The position numbers and the translations under genes are program-made. A stretch of DNA of 64,000 bases from Candidatus Moraniibacteriota bacterium (GTDB taxonomy: Bacteria > Patescibacteriota > Minisyncoccia > Moranbacterales > UBA1568). This document shows positions 49,610-59,952 of this stretch, piece by piece. Below the pieces are notes generated by a model. That model worked only from the letters and a program-made list of their open reading frames with translations. It did no database searches and was not told where the DNA came from. How positions within the stretch are numbered: position 1 is the stretch's first letter; each line of letters starts with the position of its first letter. The stretch is taken from positions 3,080-67,079 of the forward strand of contig JAAXXG010000005.1 of assembly GCA_013334575.1 (NCBI GenBank), written 5' to 3'.

Positions 49610-51061
49610 CTAGAGGACTTCCTCGACGAACGCCGCCTCGCGTTCCGACCGCTTCGAGAAGAGACCGGCGACTTCACCGCTTGTAACAGCCCTCAGAAAC
49701 CAAAGCGCTGCCAGATACGCCAAAACACCCAATAGACCGGCGAGGACGAACGGAATTCCCCTTACGAAGAAGAGGACGCACGCCATCAGCATCGCCGATA
49801 GGGTTACCCGGCCGATTTTCGCGAACGAGGGACGGTATCCGAGCAATCTGAAGGTCAGGATTCCCGTTACGAGAGCCACGACGATCTCGGTAGCGAGGGA
49901 AGTCGTCGCGGCTCCGAGGTACGAATACCGCGGAATAAGTATCAGGTTCGCGACGATATTCCCCAACGCGACGAAAAACAGCGTCTTCATGAGGTCCTTC
50001 TGCCGATTCCCGACGACGAGGAGCATGTTGAAGAAGCTTCCGAAAAAGATGAAGGCAAGCGATACGATCAGAAGCTCGAGAACGGGAACGGAATCCTCGA
50101 ATCCGCTCCCGGAAACGATCCCGATGACCTGATCCGAAAAGAAGAGTCCTCCGAGAACGATCGGCGCGGCGATGATCGTGAAAACCCGGAAAGTCGTATC
50201 GGCTATGCCGCGAAAGGCCTCCTTATCGACGGAGAGCGCCCTCGAAAGAAGTGGGAGGATCAGACCGGCAAGAAGTGCCGGGAAAAATGTCAGGTTTTCC
50301 ATGACCTTATACGCCACCCCGTACGTTCCGACCGCGGAACTTCCCTTCAAGACCGAGAGGAGGATGGTGTCCATCTTGAAGTAGAAGAACGTGATGAGCG
50401 CGCTTCCGCCAAGCGGGAGAGAATCGCTCAGGAACCGTTTCCAGAAGGGGACGTCCACGACGAGACGGAAACGGACGTATTTCCGACTCAGTACGAGTGC
50501 TATCACGGCATTGAACGACAATGAGAGGATGAGGGTGGACGCGATACCGAGGAATCCCAAGTCGAATCGCACGACCGCATAGACACCAAGCACCTGCACC
50601 ACCTTCCCCATGAACTCGGTCATCGCGATCCGATCCATGGCGATATTCTTCTGAAAGACACCGTTAAGGAATATCGAGAACGACGAGAAGAGGATCGCGA
50701 CAGCGGCGATCCAAATGCCGATCTTCACCGGAAGCGGATAGGAGAAGAGGGGGAGGAGAAGAGGGACGATACACGTCAGCGCTGCGGACACCGTAAGTCG
50801 CAATGACGCGACCCGACCGAGTATACCGACCTCGTCGGCGCCCTCGCGGGATATCTCACGGGCCGTGATCGAACCGATACCGAAGTCCGCTATGGCTGCG
50901 AAAAATGCGAAAAATGCGAGTACCGTAGCATAGTCACCGAACCCGTCCTTTCCGAGATATCCGGTTATAAGCCGAATCGAAACCAGCGACAGGACAACCG
51001 TCGTCACGACCTTCATGGCCGAGTTGAAGACGATATTGTAGGCGATTTTTCTCGTCGACAT
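49610..51061 (-). CDS. Wzx-like polysaccharide flippase
   Basis: About 12-14 TM; YLGKDGFG, DTILLS, LIPRYSYLGAA. Confidence 0.9.
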   Translation of the reverse strand: MSTRKIAYNIVFNSAMKVVTTVVLSLVSIRLITGYLGKDGFGDYATVLAFFAFFAAIADFGIGSITAREISREGADEVGILGRVASLRLTVSAALTCIVPLLLPLFSYPLPVKIGIWIAAVAILFSSFSIFLNGVFQKNIAMDRIAMTEFMGKVVQVLGVYAVVRFDLGFLGIASTLILSLSFNAVIALVLSRKYVRFRLVVDVPFWKRFLSDSLPLGGSALITFFYFKMDTILLSVLKGSSAVGTYGVAYKVMENLTFFPALLAGLILPLLSRALSVDKEAFRGIADTTFRVFTIIAAPIVLGGLFFSDQVIGIVSGSGFEDSVPVLELLIVSLAFIFFGSFFNMLLVVGNRQKDLMKTLFFVALGNIVANLILIPRYSYLGAATTSLATEIVVALVTGILTFRLLGYRPSFAKIGRVTLSAMLMACVLFFVRGIPFVLAGLLGVLAYLAALWFLRAVTSGEVAGLFSKRSEREAAFVEEVL

Positions 51062-51166
51062 AGAGGTACCGTATAGGCATCATTGTACGGTCGGGTCCGA
51101 CAAATGGCAAATGAAAAGGCCTGTCGGCGCGACACGGTCCGACAGGCCAGTCCTTGTTATTGCATC

Positions 51167-51652
51167 TCAGGAGAAAACCGCTTTCGGTTTCACGACTACC
51201 CTCCGATCCTCACCCTTCCCGACGCTACCCGTCTCAACCCGCTCGCTTGCCGAAAGTACCGCGTGAACCACTTTCCGTTCGTAAGAGGACATGGGGCGCA
51301 TCTGTATCGGACGTCCAGTCGCGACCGCCTCGTGAGCCGCGTCCTCGGCATCATGACGGAGATGCCGCTTCTTTTCCTTCCAATACCGGTTCACGTCAAT
51401 TCCGAAATCCGCATGTTCCCGGTATTTCCGTCGGACAATCGTCTGGATAAGATGCTGGAAGGAAAACAACCCCACTCCTCGCTGTCCTATGAGTACCTTC
51501 GAGTCGCTCCTATCAACCGTTACCGAGAACATGACCGGCTCACGGTCACCGGAACCGGCATACACGTCTATTTTTGCGTCCCGAATCCCCATCGTCTCCA
51601 ATATTTCCCTTATGGTCGATGAGACAGCTTCTTGAAACTCCCGTTCATTCAT
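51167..51652 (-). CDS. jag: Jag/EloR-like KH + R3H protein (short form)
   Basis: LIGQRG, PMSSYERKVVH, SVGKGEDRRVVV. Confidence 0.9.
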   Translation of the reverse strand: MNEREFQEAVSSTIREILETMGIRDAKIDVYAGSGDREPVMFSVTVDRSDSKVLIGQRGVGLFSFQHLIQTIVRRKYREHADFGIDVNRYWKEKKRHLRHDAEDAAHEAVATGRPIQMRPMSSYERKVVHAVLSASERVETGSVGKGEDRRVVVKPKAVFS

Positions 51653-51664
51653 ACTCGTTGACGG

Positions 51665-52408
51665 TTATTCACTCGCCTTATCCCCCGCTCCGGAACGGAG
51701 CACGTACCACTGCTGTACGATAGCAAACGCGGTGGAGACGACCCAATACAACGAAAGTGCCGATGGAAACCGGATTCCGATGAACAGAGTCAGAACCGGC
51801 CCCATATAGAGCATCTGCTTGTTCATAATCGTCGCGAAATCCGGCTCCCCGCCATTCTTCGAGGGCTTCTCTTTCCCGTTCTGACCCAGGGAAAGCATCT
51901 TCATCTGATAGAACTGACCTATCGCCGCGAGTACCGCAAACGCGATACTCGGCTTTGCAAGGTCTGCCAATCCGAAGAATGCACCGGAAAGAAGCCCGGG
52001 ATCAGCCACGAAACGGTAGAGAATACCGCCATCGACACGGAATCCGGTCTCCGATATATGCATGATGACGCTGTATATCGTGATCAGGAACACGATCTGG
52101 ATTACGATCGGAAGGCATCCCATCACCGGATTCACTTTGTGTTTCCGATAGAGTTCCATGATTTCACGCGACTGCCGTTCCTTGTCATCCTTGTAACGTT
52201 CCTGGACCTCCTTCATCTTCGGCTGCAGTTCCTGCATCTTCCGCTGCGCCTCGATCTGCTGCTTCGAAAGCGAAAGAAAGACGAGCTTGATAACGAGCGT
52301 CGAAGCGATGATCGCCAGACCGAAATTCGCGACCGGAAACAGTCCGGCAAAAAAGACCAGCAGATTATAGACCGGCTGATACACGAGAGCGGTGAATATC
52401 TCATTCAT
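51665..52408 (-). CDS. yidC: Membrane protein insertase YidC/Oxa1
   Basis: LQPKMKEVQERYK, NPVMGCLP, LSLYWVVS. Confidence 0.95.
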   Translation of the reverse strand: MNEIFTALVYQPVYNLLVFFAGLFPVANFGLAIIASTLVIKLVFLSLSKQQIEAQRKMQELQPKMKEVQERYKDDKERQSREIMELYRKHKVNPVMGCLPIVIQIVFLITIYSVIMHISETGFRVDGGILYRFVADPGLLSGAFFGLADLAKPSIAFAVLAAIGQFYQMKMLSLGQNGKEKPSKNGGEPDFATIMNKQMLYMGPVLTLFIGIRFPSALSLYWVVSTAFAIVQQWYVLRSGAGDKASE

Positions 52409-52766
52409 ACTGTTTTCGTCCGGAAAAACCGGAATTTATGGCTTTTACAAGCCCTTCAATATCATTCATCGTCGAAACCAGACCCACTCCACCCTCCGGC
52501 TTCCGCTTAAAGGATAGCACTACATACGCATTCGAAGGAAACCCACCAAGAAACGGCTTGATCGATTCGGAGAGGATTCTCCTGGCACGGTTCCGATCGG
52601 TCGCCAGGCGAAAGGTCTTTTTTGCCGAAACACAGGCGATTTTAGTCGTATCATCCACATTGAAAAGGATCCGAGCACTGACGTTTCCGAAGAAAAAGGG
52701 CTTTCCGTAACGAAAAGCCTTCTGCACCGAGAGAGGATTTTTGAGCCGATAAACACGCGGCACCAT
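52401..52766 (-). CDS. rnpA: RNase P protein
   Basis: RLK..., ATDRNRARR (RNR motif); lies between rpmH and yidC. Confidence 0.85.
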   Translation of the reverse strand: MVPRVYRLKNPLSVQKAFRYGKPFFFGNVSARILFNVDDTTKIACVSAKKTFRLATDRNRARRILSESIKPFLGGFPSNAYVVLSFKRKPEGGVGLVSTMNDIEGLVKAINSGFSGRKQYE

Positions 52767-52774
52767 ACCGATCC

Positions 52775-52909
52775 CTACACGGACAACTTCTTTCTCCCTT
52801 TCTGCCGGCGGCTCCGGATGACATTCCGACCACCAACCGTACTCATCCGCTCCAAAAACCCGTGACGACGGGTCCTTCTCCTGGTTTTCGGCTGATATGT
52901 ACGCTTCAT
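52775..52909 (-). CDS. rpmH: 50S ribosomal protein L34 (missing from the ORF track)
   Basis: Manual translation [44 protein letters not shown]. Confidence 0.97.
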   Translation of the reverse strand: MKRTYQPKTRRRTRRHGFLERMSTVGGRNVIRSRRQKGRKKLSV

Positions 52910-53147
52910 AACAGTATATGGATAGAAAACTTTCCCTCTTCGGAGGGTCGAATAACAGGATACTTCATATTTCGTATCTCGTCAATGCCATACCGTTCCC
53001 ACCCGAAACCACTGAAAATATTCGCTCTCTTTCATATGAAATAGCTACTTTCATCTCTTTCAAGACTTCATATCAACTTATACACCTATTATTCACCGGT
53101 CATCGTGACCAGGATATATCCGCGTGTTATAATCTGCATCACGGCAT

Positions 53148-54578
53148 ATGAACCACCAGGAACTCTGGAAATCCGTCCTCGGGCAGATCGAGCTTTCCAT
53201 TTCGAAGGCTAATTTCGTCACCTGGTTCCAGAACACATCGATCCTCTCTATCGAAGACGGATCCGTCGTTATCAGCGTCCCGAACGGATTCGCCAAGGAA
53301 TGGCTTGAAAATAAATATAATCACACCATCATACAGTCGCTCCGCTCGTTTGAAGGAGACGCGGTACGCTCTATACGCTGCGTCATATCCGGCCCACAGA
53401 CCATAAAGAAATCGATCGACGCCATAACACAGCCCGTACAACAGATCGACATCGCTTCGAAATCCTCCCCGCTTCCACCTCGCATACAACCGTTCAATCC
53501 CACCGCTCCCGTCCCTACACCAAAACTGGCGACGGCGATGTTCCATGAATCGAATCTCAATCCGCGATACACTTTCGACGACTACGTCGTCGCCGAAAAC
53601 AACGAACTCGCCCATGCGGCCTGTGTCGCCGTTTCCAGGAATCTCGGTCAACTTTACAATCCGCTCTTCATCTACGGCGGCGTAGGACTCGGGAAAACCC
53701 ACCTCCTCCAGGCACTCGGAAACGAAGTGAAGCGGCAGCACCCTGAAAAGACGATCAAATACATCACTTCCGAGCGTTTCACGAGCGAACTCGTCGATTC
53801 CATCAAGAACCAGAAGACCGACAAGTTCAAGGAATACTACCAGCAGATGGACCTCCTCATCATCGACGACGTCCAGTTTCTTTCCGGCCGGGAAAAGACT
53901 CAGAACGAATTTTTTCACATCTTCAACGCCCTCTACCAGATCAACAAACAGATCGTGATATCAAGCGATCGCCCCCCGAAATCGATTCCTACCCTCGAAG
54001 ACCGTCTCCGATCCCGATTCGAAGGAGGAATGATCACCGATATTAGCCAGCCGAACGAAGAAACCAGACTCGCTATCCTTAAGAAGAAAGTGATCGAAAA
54101 AGGCGTTTCCATAGACGAGGAATCCCTCAGGTTCATCGCGGAAAACATCACCCAGAACATCCGGGAAATCGAAGGGGCGCTTAATCGCGTCATCGCCTAC
54201 TCGGAATTCTACAAGACACCTCCGTCGATATCACTCGTTGAAAAGGTGCTCTCCCAGCTCATTATTCAGAATAAGAAGACCATTAGCACCGAGGATATCG
54301 TTTCAGCTACCGAGAAGCTCTTTTCGGTCACCAAGGACGATCTCCTGAAAAAAGGACGGAAGAAAGGCATCGCACATGCGAGGCAGGTTGCGATGTACCT
54401 CATGCGAAGCGAACTCAGCATGCCGTTCTCCTCGATTGGCGACTATTTCGGTGGACGAGATCATACGACCGCTCTCCATGCATTCGAAAAGATATCCGCC
54501 GACATCGAAAAGAATCTCCGTCTCAAGGGTGATATTTCGACTCTAAAAAATGAGCTGTACCATCAAAATGGTGGATAA
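53148..54578 (+). CDS. dnaA: Chromosomal replication initiator DnaA
   Basis: YNPLFIYGGVGLGKTHL, DDVQF, RLRSRF, GGRDHTT. Confidence 0.99.
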   Translation: MNHQELWKSVLGQIELSISKANFVTWFQNTSILSIEDGSVVISVPNGFAKEWLENKYNHTIIQSLRSFEGDAVRSIRCVISGPQTIKKSIDAITQPVQQIDIASKSSPLPPRIQPFNPTAPVPTPKLATAMFHESNLNPRYTFDDYVVAENNELAHAACVAVSRNLGQLYNPLFIYGGVGLGKTHLLQALGNEVKRQHPEKTIKYITSERFTSELVDSIKNQKTDKFKEYYQQMDLLIIDDVQFLSGREKTQNEFFHIFNALYQINKQIVISSDRPPKSIPTLEDRLRSRFEGGMITDISQPNEETRLAILKKKVIEKGVSIDEESLRFIAENITQNIREIEGALNRVIAYSEFYKTPPSISLVEKVLSQLIIQNKKTISTEDIVSATEKLFSVTKDDLLKKGRKKGIAHARQVAMYLMRSELSMPFSSIGDYFGGRDHTTALHAFEKISADIEKNLRLKGDISTLKNELYHQNGG

Positions 54579-54820
54579 GTTGTGGATTAACCAGGATTCG
54601 ACCTGGAGAGAGCGTGAATAAATAACCGACTTATCTACACAAATAAAATGGATCCTCTCCATATACACCATTCGGTGTATATCGAAAATAGAAACGTGCT
54701 CACGAACCGTACAGAAAAAACACTTCTACGGAGCCAAAAATCGAAAATCTCCACTTATCCACTCCGCTAATAATCATAATAAAATATATATATATAATAT
54801 ATATAATAATACCTATAACC
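54570..54820. other. oriC: Probable oriC (DnaA boxes + AT-rich DUE)
   Basis: DnaA-box-like GTGGATAA (54571), TGTGGATTA (54581), TTATCTACA (54631), TTATCCACT (54755), then TAATAATCATAATAAAATATATAT...; C-rich to G-rich switch on the + strand. Confidence 0.75.
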
Positions 54821-54843
54821 CGTGGAGGGATCAGTATACGTCT

Positions 54844-55995
54844 ATGAAAATCATCTGTACTCAAGAAAATCTCTCGAAAGCACTGTCTTACCTTGAACGG
54901 GCTACAGGAAAGCAATCGACTTTGCCTATTCTTTCCAACTTCCTTCTCAGAGTCGATCACGGTCGCCTGAAGCTATCTTCGACGAATCTTGAAATCGGGG
55001 TGACTGCGACGGTAAACGCGAAGATCGAGGGGGTGGGTGAGATCGCGGCGCCGGTGAAGATCATATCCAATTTCGTCGGGAATCTTCCTGGGGATGATGT
55101 CGTATCGATCGATGTGCAAGGGAATTCCGTTTCGGTCGCGTCGGGCGGCTATGATATGCGTGTCCGAGGGCTCGATTCGAAAGATTTCCCTATCATTCCG
55201 GAAAGGAAAGGTGAACATTCCTTTCTGCTGCCCGCTCAGGATCTGAAAACGGCCCTGCAGCGCATTCTCCCGTGTGCCTCATCGAATGAAAGTCGCCTGG
55301 AGTTGACCGGTATCAGTATGCAGTTTCTGAAGGGGGAGGTCCACCTTGCTGCGACGGACAGCTTCAGGCTTGCCGAACAGGTTCTCCGTCTTCCAGATGA
55401 TGTCGGATCGGAGGGGTATGAGGTGTTCCGGGATCAGAATCCGTCTCTTATTCTCCCTCATATCACCATGCAGGAGCTTTCCAGGATCATCTCTCCTGAG
55501 ACTGTTTCCGTGTTCGTGGCATTCGAGGAGAATCAGGTGTTTTTCGATATCGACGGGGTATCGATTGTTTCACGGGTTATTAATGGAAAATATCCCGATT
55601 ATAAGCAGATTCTTCCGAAAGAGTTCTCGTATGTCGCCAGACTTTCCCGGGATGAGTTTCTTCGGGCTGTCAGGATGGCGGGAGTATTTGCGTCTCAGAT
55701 GACCGGAGAGATGATGATCGTGGTCTCTCCGGAGAAGGGTGAAGTGCAGGTTTCCGCCAGGTCGTCCGAGATTGGTGAGAATCGTACGGTTATAAAGGCC
55801 GAGGTGTCCGGAGGGGATCCGGTTCAGATCGTCTTTAATCCCCGTTATGTGATTGATGGCTTGAACGCGGTCTCTTCCGAAGTGGTTGCGTTCCTCCTGA
55901 ATTCCTCGTCGACTCCGGCTGGGTTCAGGTCGGTTGGCTCTGACGGGATTGAAGATCCTTTCTTCCTTTATATCGCGATGCCTATCAGGAAATAG
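54844..55995 (+). CDS. dnaN: DNA polymerase III beta clamp
   Basis: LPILSN, STNLE, ATDSFRL, GKYPDY, FNPRY, AMPIR. Confidence 0.97.
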   Translation: MKIICTQENLSKALSYLERATGKQSTLPILSNFLLRVDHGRLKLSSTNLEIGVTATVNAKIEGVGEIAAPVKIISNFVGNLPGDDVVSIDVQGNSVSVASGGYDMRVRGLDSKDFPIIPERKGEHSFLLPAQDLKTALQRILPCASSNESRLELTGISMQFLKGEVHLAATDSFRLAEQVLRLPDDVGSEGYEVFRDQNPSLILPHITMQELSRIISPETVSVFVAFEENQVFFDIDGVSIVSRVINGKYPDYKQILPKEFSYVARLSRDEFLRAVRMAGVFASQMTGEMMIVVSPEKGEVQVSARSSEIGENRTVIKAEVSGGDPVQIVFNPRYVIDGLNAVSSEVVAFLLNSSSTPAGFRSVGSDGIEDPFFLYIAMPIRK

Positions 55996-56018
55996 GTATC
56001 GATTGAAAGAGGACTCCT

Positions 56019-56324
56019 ATGAAGAGACTTGGGGACATGATGAGCGGTCCGGTGTCCGTTGCGGGCGGTAGGGCGCCTCGGAGAGCTGTTGTCGCGGACG
56101 AAAAGACGGTTTTTTTCCTGGCTGAGCGGGTGATAGGCGGTATGTATGGCGATCGTGGTCGGGAGAATCTGAAGCCGCGGTTTTTTCGTAACGGAAAGTT
56201 GTTTATCGCCTGTTCCGGTCCGTTATGGGCGAATGAGTTGTGGATCGGACGGGAGGCGTTTCGGGAACGTATAAACCGCGAGCTGGGAAGCGACGGAGTA
56301 AGGGGGGTCGGCGTATCCGACTAA
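56019..56324 (+). CDS. DUF721/DciA-like protein
   Basis: Position after dnaN; GKLFIAC..PLWANEL...RERIN pattern. Confidence 0.7.
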   Translation: MKRLGDMMSGPVSVAGGRAPRRAVVADEKTVFFLAERVIGGMYGDRGRENLKPRFFRNGKLFIACSGPLWANELWIGREAFRERINRELGSDGVRGVGVSD

Positions 56325-56387
56325 GGGGGATGATAAAAAGACGGCTTGAGCCGCCTTTTTATCATTGAGCCGCCTTGCCTTTTCGGG

Positions 56388-58952
56388 TCACCAGCTTACC
56401 GAGACGCTTGACTCACGTCCGTCCTCATTCCCGTTATCATCCTTCACGATCGCTTCTATGTGGATCGTAGAATGATTCTTCCCATCCGGGACCTGATAGG
56501 TCGTCTCCAGCGAATCATTGCTTGTCGAGGCGATCTCGTTCCCGTCGGCAAGGATCCGGAGTGAACTGATGCCGTACGGTGCCTCCGTCTTTGCCTTAAC
56601 GGTAAACGATTGTCCTGCGGAATCCGGAGTGGAAAGGCTTACTTTCGCCTTATAGTCGGAGAAATCACTCTCCTTACACTCGTCTTCCGGCGCTCCTCCG
56701 GTAACTCCACCCTTCACTTTGTTCTTCTTGTACCATTCCTTGACACCGTCTTCCCATCGTTTGAACTGAGGATCGTTTTCCGGATGCTCAGGCTTCGTTC
56801 CAAGCGGGTCGTTTCGGTCGATGTAGTAGAGGATAGTGTGCGTGTTGACGAAATCCTTCTTGTCAGCCTTGCTGTCGGGGCAGTACTTGTTCGCAAGACA
56901 GTATTTGTCCTTTCCGGGAATCTTACAGACCTTCACGTTCTCTTCCTGATCAAGTTTTCCGTCAAGAAGGGGCTTCTTCATCCATTCCGCATCCTTGTTT
57001 TCCTCGAAATAGGAATCCTTGGAATATTCGGGAAACTTTTCTATTGCCTGATTCTTGAGCGCGAAATCGATGAATTTCCGGAAGATCGGCGCCGCGACAT
57101 TGACACCGTCCGCGCCGGTTCTCATGGGAGAATTGTCGTTGTTTCCGGCCCAGACGCCGACGGCTATCTGCGGAGTGAATCCGACCGTCCAGCCGTCACG
57201 GAACTCGTTCGTCGTCCCGGTCTTCGCCGCGACGGGTCTATCGTCGAACCGGAGGGGACTGTTTGTCCCGAAAACCGGAGCCCGATAGTCGTTCGTGGAC
57301 ATGACATGGTCGAGCATGGCGACGTATTTCTCGTCGACAACCCGTTCTCCCGTGGTATCCTGATACTGTTCCAGGACGTTTCCTTTCGTATCTTCGATCC
57401 GGAGAATCGCCGTCTTATCGCGTCGTACGCCGCCTTGGGCAAGCGTCGAGTAGGCGTTCACGTGGTCAAGTAGGGTAATTTCTCCGCCTCCGAGGACAAG
57501 GGAGAGTCCGTATCGGTCCGGATCGTTGAGACTGGTGATCCCGAGGCTCTTCGCGAACGCGACCGCATCCTTCGCGCCGACAAGATACAGGGTCTTAACC
57601 GCTGGTATGTTGAGGGACTGGGCGAGCGTTTCCTTCATGGGGAGCGGTCCTCGGAATTTTCCGTCGTAGTTTTGCGGGGTATAGTCCTTCCCGTCATCGG
57701 TCGAAAAGTTCGTCTCGGTGTCGTAGAGGATCGTTTCGGGGCTGTAGCCCTTGGTGAAGGCGTCGAGATAGACGTACGGTTTGAAGGACGATCCCGGCTG
57801 ACGTTCCCTGATCGCCACGTTTACTTGGCCGTCAATCGACTTATCGAAATAGTCGCGCGAGCCGACCATGGTAAGAATCTGCCCCGTCTTCGGGTCCATG
57901 GCGACGAGCGCCGCGTTCTCGGCGTTCCAGCGCTTCTCGTTATCGAGTGCCTGGTCGCGTACGAGTCGTTCGGCTTCCTGTTGTTTGTCCCAGTCGAGCG
58001 TGGTATAGACCTTGAGACCCATGGATTCCACTCCTTCGCCGTATTTCTGCGAGAGATAGTCCTTTACGTACATCACGAAGTGCGGTGCCGCGATGATATC
58101 CTTCTGTGTCTGTATCCGGTCGAGAGTCTTTTCCGCGACGGCCGAGTCGGCCTCTTCCTGGGAGATATAGCCGAGCTTCGCCATTTGCTGGAGCACCCTG
58201 TCCTTCCGGGCAATCAGTTGTTCGGTATGCGATCCATACGGCGAATAATAAGTCGGCGCGTTCGGGAGCGACGCGAGTACGGCCGCTTCGTCGAGCGAGA
58301 GATCCTTGGCGGACTTTCCGAAGAATGTCTGCGCCGCAGCCTCGATGCCGTAGGCGTTCGATCCGTACGGGATCTCGTTGAGGTACATCGCGAGGATCTC
58401 GTCCTTGTCGAATTTCTGCTCGATCTCGATCGAGAGGATGACCTCCTTCACTTTTCGGATGACCGTCTTTTCGTTCGAGAGAAGGGAATTCTTCACGAAC
58501 TGCTGCGTGATGGTCGATCCGCCTTGTGCCGCGCCACCTTTCACGACATCCTTGAAGACGGCCCGGAGGATAGAGGAGAGCTTGATGCCGTGGTGCGAGT
58601 AGAAATCCTGGTCCTCGAGGACGATTGTCGCGATCTGGACGCTTTTCGGGATATCGGCAAACGCGACGATAGTCCTTTTTTCCTCGCCGTGAACGTCATA
58701 GAGCAGGTGTTCGCCGGATCGGTCGTAAATCTTCGTGGATTCCGGTATGACGCGAGAGTTGACCTTCCCGGGGCTCGGCAAATCCTTCGCGACCCATGCG
58801 AAGAGCGCGATCGCGATGATGAACACCGTTCCGGCGCCCCAAAGGGCTATACGCCCGAGGATTTTCGGCCATTCGCGCCTGTCAGCTTCGGACAATCTGC
58901 GCCACCTGCCGTCCGATGGCCGGAATCGGTCAAAAAGTCTTTTCATAAGCAA
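56388..58952 (-). CDS. Class A penicillin-binding protein (PBP1A family) with C-terminal Ig-like domain
   Basis: EDQDFYSHHG, GGSTITQQ, RKVKE; SSFK, SLN, KTGT. Confidence 0.96.
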   Translation of the reverse strand: MLMKRLFDRFRPSDGRWRRLSEADRREWPKILGRIALWGAGTVFIIAIALFAWVAKDLPSPGKVNSRVIPESTKIYDRSGEHLLYDVHGEEKRTIVAFADIPKSVQIATIVLEDQDFYSHHGIKLSSILRAVFKDVVKGGAAQGGSTITQQFVKNSLLSNEKTVIRKVKEVILSIEIEQKFDKDEILAMYLNEIPYGSNAYGIEAAAQTFFGKSAKDLSLDEAAVLASLPNAPTYYSPYGSHTEQLIARKDRVLQQMAKLGYISQEEADSAVAEKTLDRIQTQKDIIAAPHFVMYVKDYLSQKYGEGVESMGLKVYTTLDWDKQQEAERLVRDQALDNEKRWNAENAALVAMDPKTGQILTMVGSRDYFDKSIDGQVNVAIRERQPGSSFKPYVYLDAFTKGYSPETILYDTETNFSTDDGKDYTPQNYDGKFRGPLPMKETLAQSLNIPAVKTLYLVGAKDAVAFAKSLGITSLNDPDRYGLSLVLGGGEITLLDHVNAYSTLAQGGVRRDKTAILRIEDTKGNVLEQYQDTTGERVVDEKYVAMLDHVMSTNDYRAPVFGTNSPLRFDDRPVAAKTGTTNEFRDGWTVGFTPQIAVGVWAGNNDNSPMRTGADGVNVAAPIFRKFIDFALKNQAIEKFPEYSKDSYFEENKDAEWMKKPLLDGKLDQEENVKVCKIPGKDKYCLANKYCPDSKADKKDFVNTHTILYYIDRNDPLGTKPEHPENDPQFKRWEDGVKEWYKKNKVKGGVTGGAPEDECKESDFSDYKAKVSLSTPDSAGQSFTVKAKTEAPYGISSLRILADGNEIASTSNDSLETTYQVPDGKNHSTIHIEAIVKDDNGNEDGRESSVSVSW

Positions 58953-59007
58953 AAATCAGCTTTTGTAGGCTGATTTTACCATGAAACAAGTAAAAAATCC
59001 ATCTATG

Positions 59008-59952
59008 TCAAATACCTGTCGAAGCCTTTCTTCCAAGGGATTTCAGTGTCCGACGTATGAATTCCTCGTAATCCATATCTTCTGATGGGAATCCTATCTG
59101 ATCGTTCAACTCGAAGACGAACGGTGTTTTTCCGCCCGCAACTCCGAAATCTATCGAATAGAGAGGGAGGTCGAACTCAGTATCTATACTTTCCTGTATT
59201 TCTGAAACCCGATCAAGAATGAAGGCCGGGATTTCTTTTAGCGGGACTTCCCGAATCGATCCTCCCTGGGCGACATTCGCAAGAAAGGAGCCTTCTTTCG
59301 GGGTCCGAACATGACAAAGGACGATTTGTCCCTCAACGATGATAATCCTAAGGTCATGTCGGCCATCGATGACACCAGGAATCCCTTTGGAGGTGTCGAC
59401 GAATTCCTGTAAGGAATACTCTTTTTCCGGTTCGAGTGTCGAAAGGGCTATTTCCGAAGCCGGTCCGATGAGGATCCCGTTTCCCTGCATGCCTTTCGAG
59501 GGTTTCAGGACAACGATATCCCCAGCATCGAATTCGTCGAGTGCGGATCGAAGCTCCTCTTTGCTCCGGATAGTGATGTTTTTCGGCATGAAATCGGAAA
59601 GATGTCCGTACATGGCGTTTTTGTCGTTGCAAAGACGCTTGAAAACGATGCTATTCAAGGTTTTTTTACCGATTTTCTCGGGAGGGAAGGAAAGTCCGCC
59701 GCTTCGGTCGAATATTGCATCGGCGTCAATCGACCCATAATCCAAGAAGGTGCCGGAGTCATACCGATACGCGTTCCTGAATGTCAGCGGGGATTCGTAA
59801 TTTTCCTTTCCGCTCGCAACGAACATATCGAAACCGAGTTCCGTTCCGAGTTCGAAAAGGCGATGATAAACCATCTTCTTTTTCCCGAACGTCGCGAACG
59901 GATCTCCGCCTATCGTCCGCCGGTGAAAATACATCACTATCTTTTTTCGCAT
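59008..59952 (-). CDS. ATP-grasp ligase (RimK/YheC-D-like)
   Basis: CNDK, VLKPSKGMQGNGI, QEFV, DLRII, ANVAQGG, FELN. Confidence 0.85.
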   Translation of the reverse strand: MRKKIVMYFHRRTIGGDPFATFGKKKMVYHRLFELGTELGFDMFVASGKENYESPLTFRNAYRYDSGTFLDYGSIDADAIFDRSGGLSFPPEKIGKKTLNSIVFKRLCNDKNAMYGHLSDFMPKNITIRSKEELRSALDEFDAGDIVVLKPSKGMQGNGILIGPASEIALSTLEPEKEYSLQEFVDTSKGIPGVIDGRHDLRIIIVEGQIVLCHVRTPKEGSFLANVAQGGSIREVPLKEIPAFILDRVSEIQESIDTEFDLPLYSIDFGVAGGKTPFVFELNDQIGFPSEDMDYEEFIRRTLKSLGRKASTGI

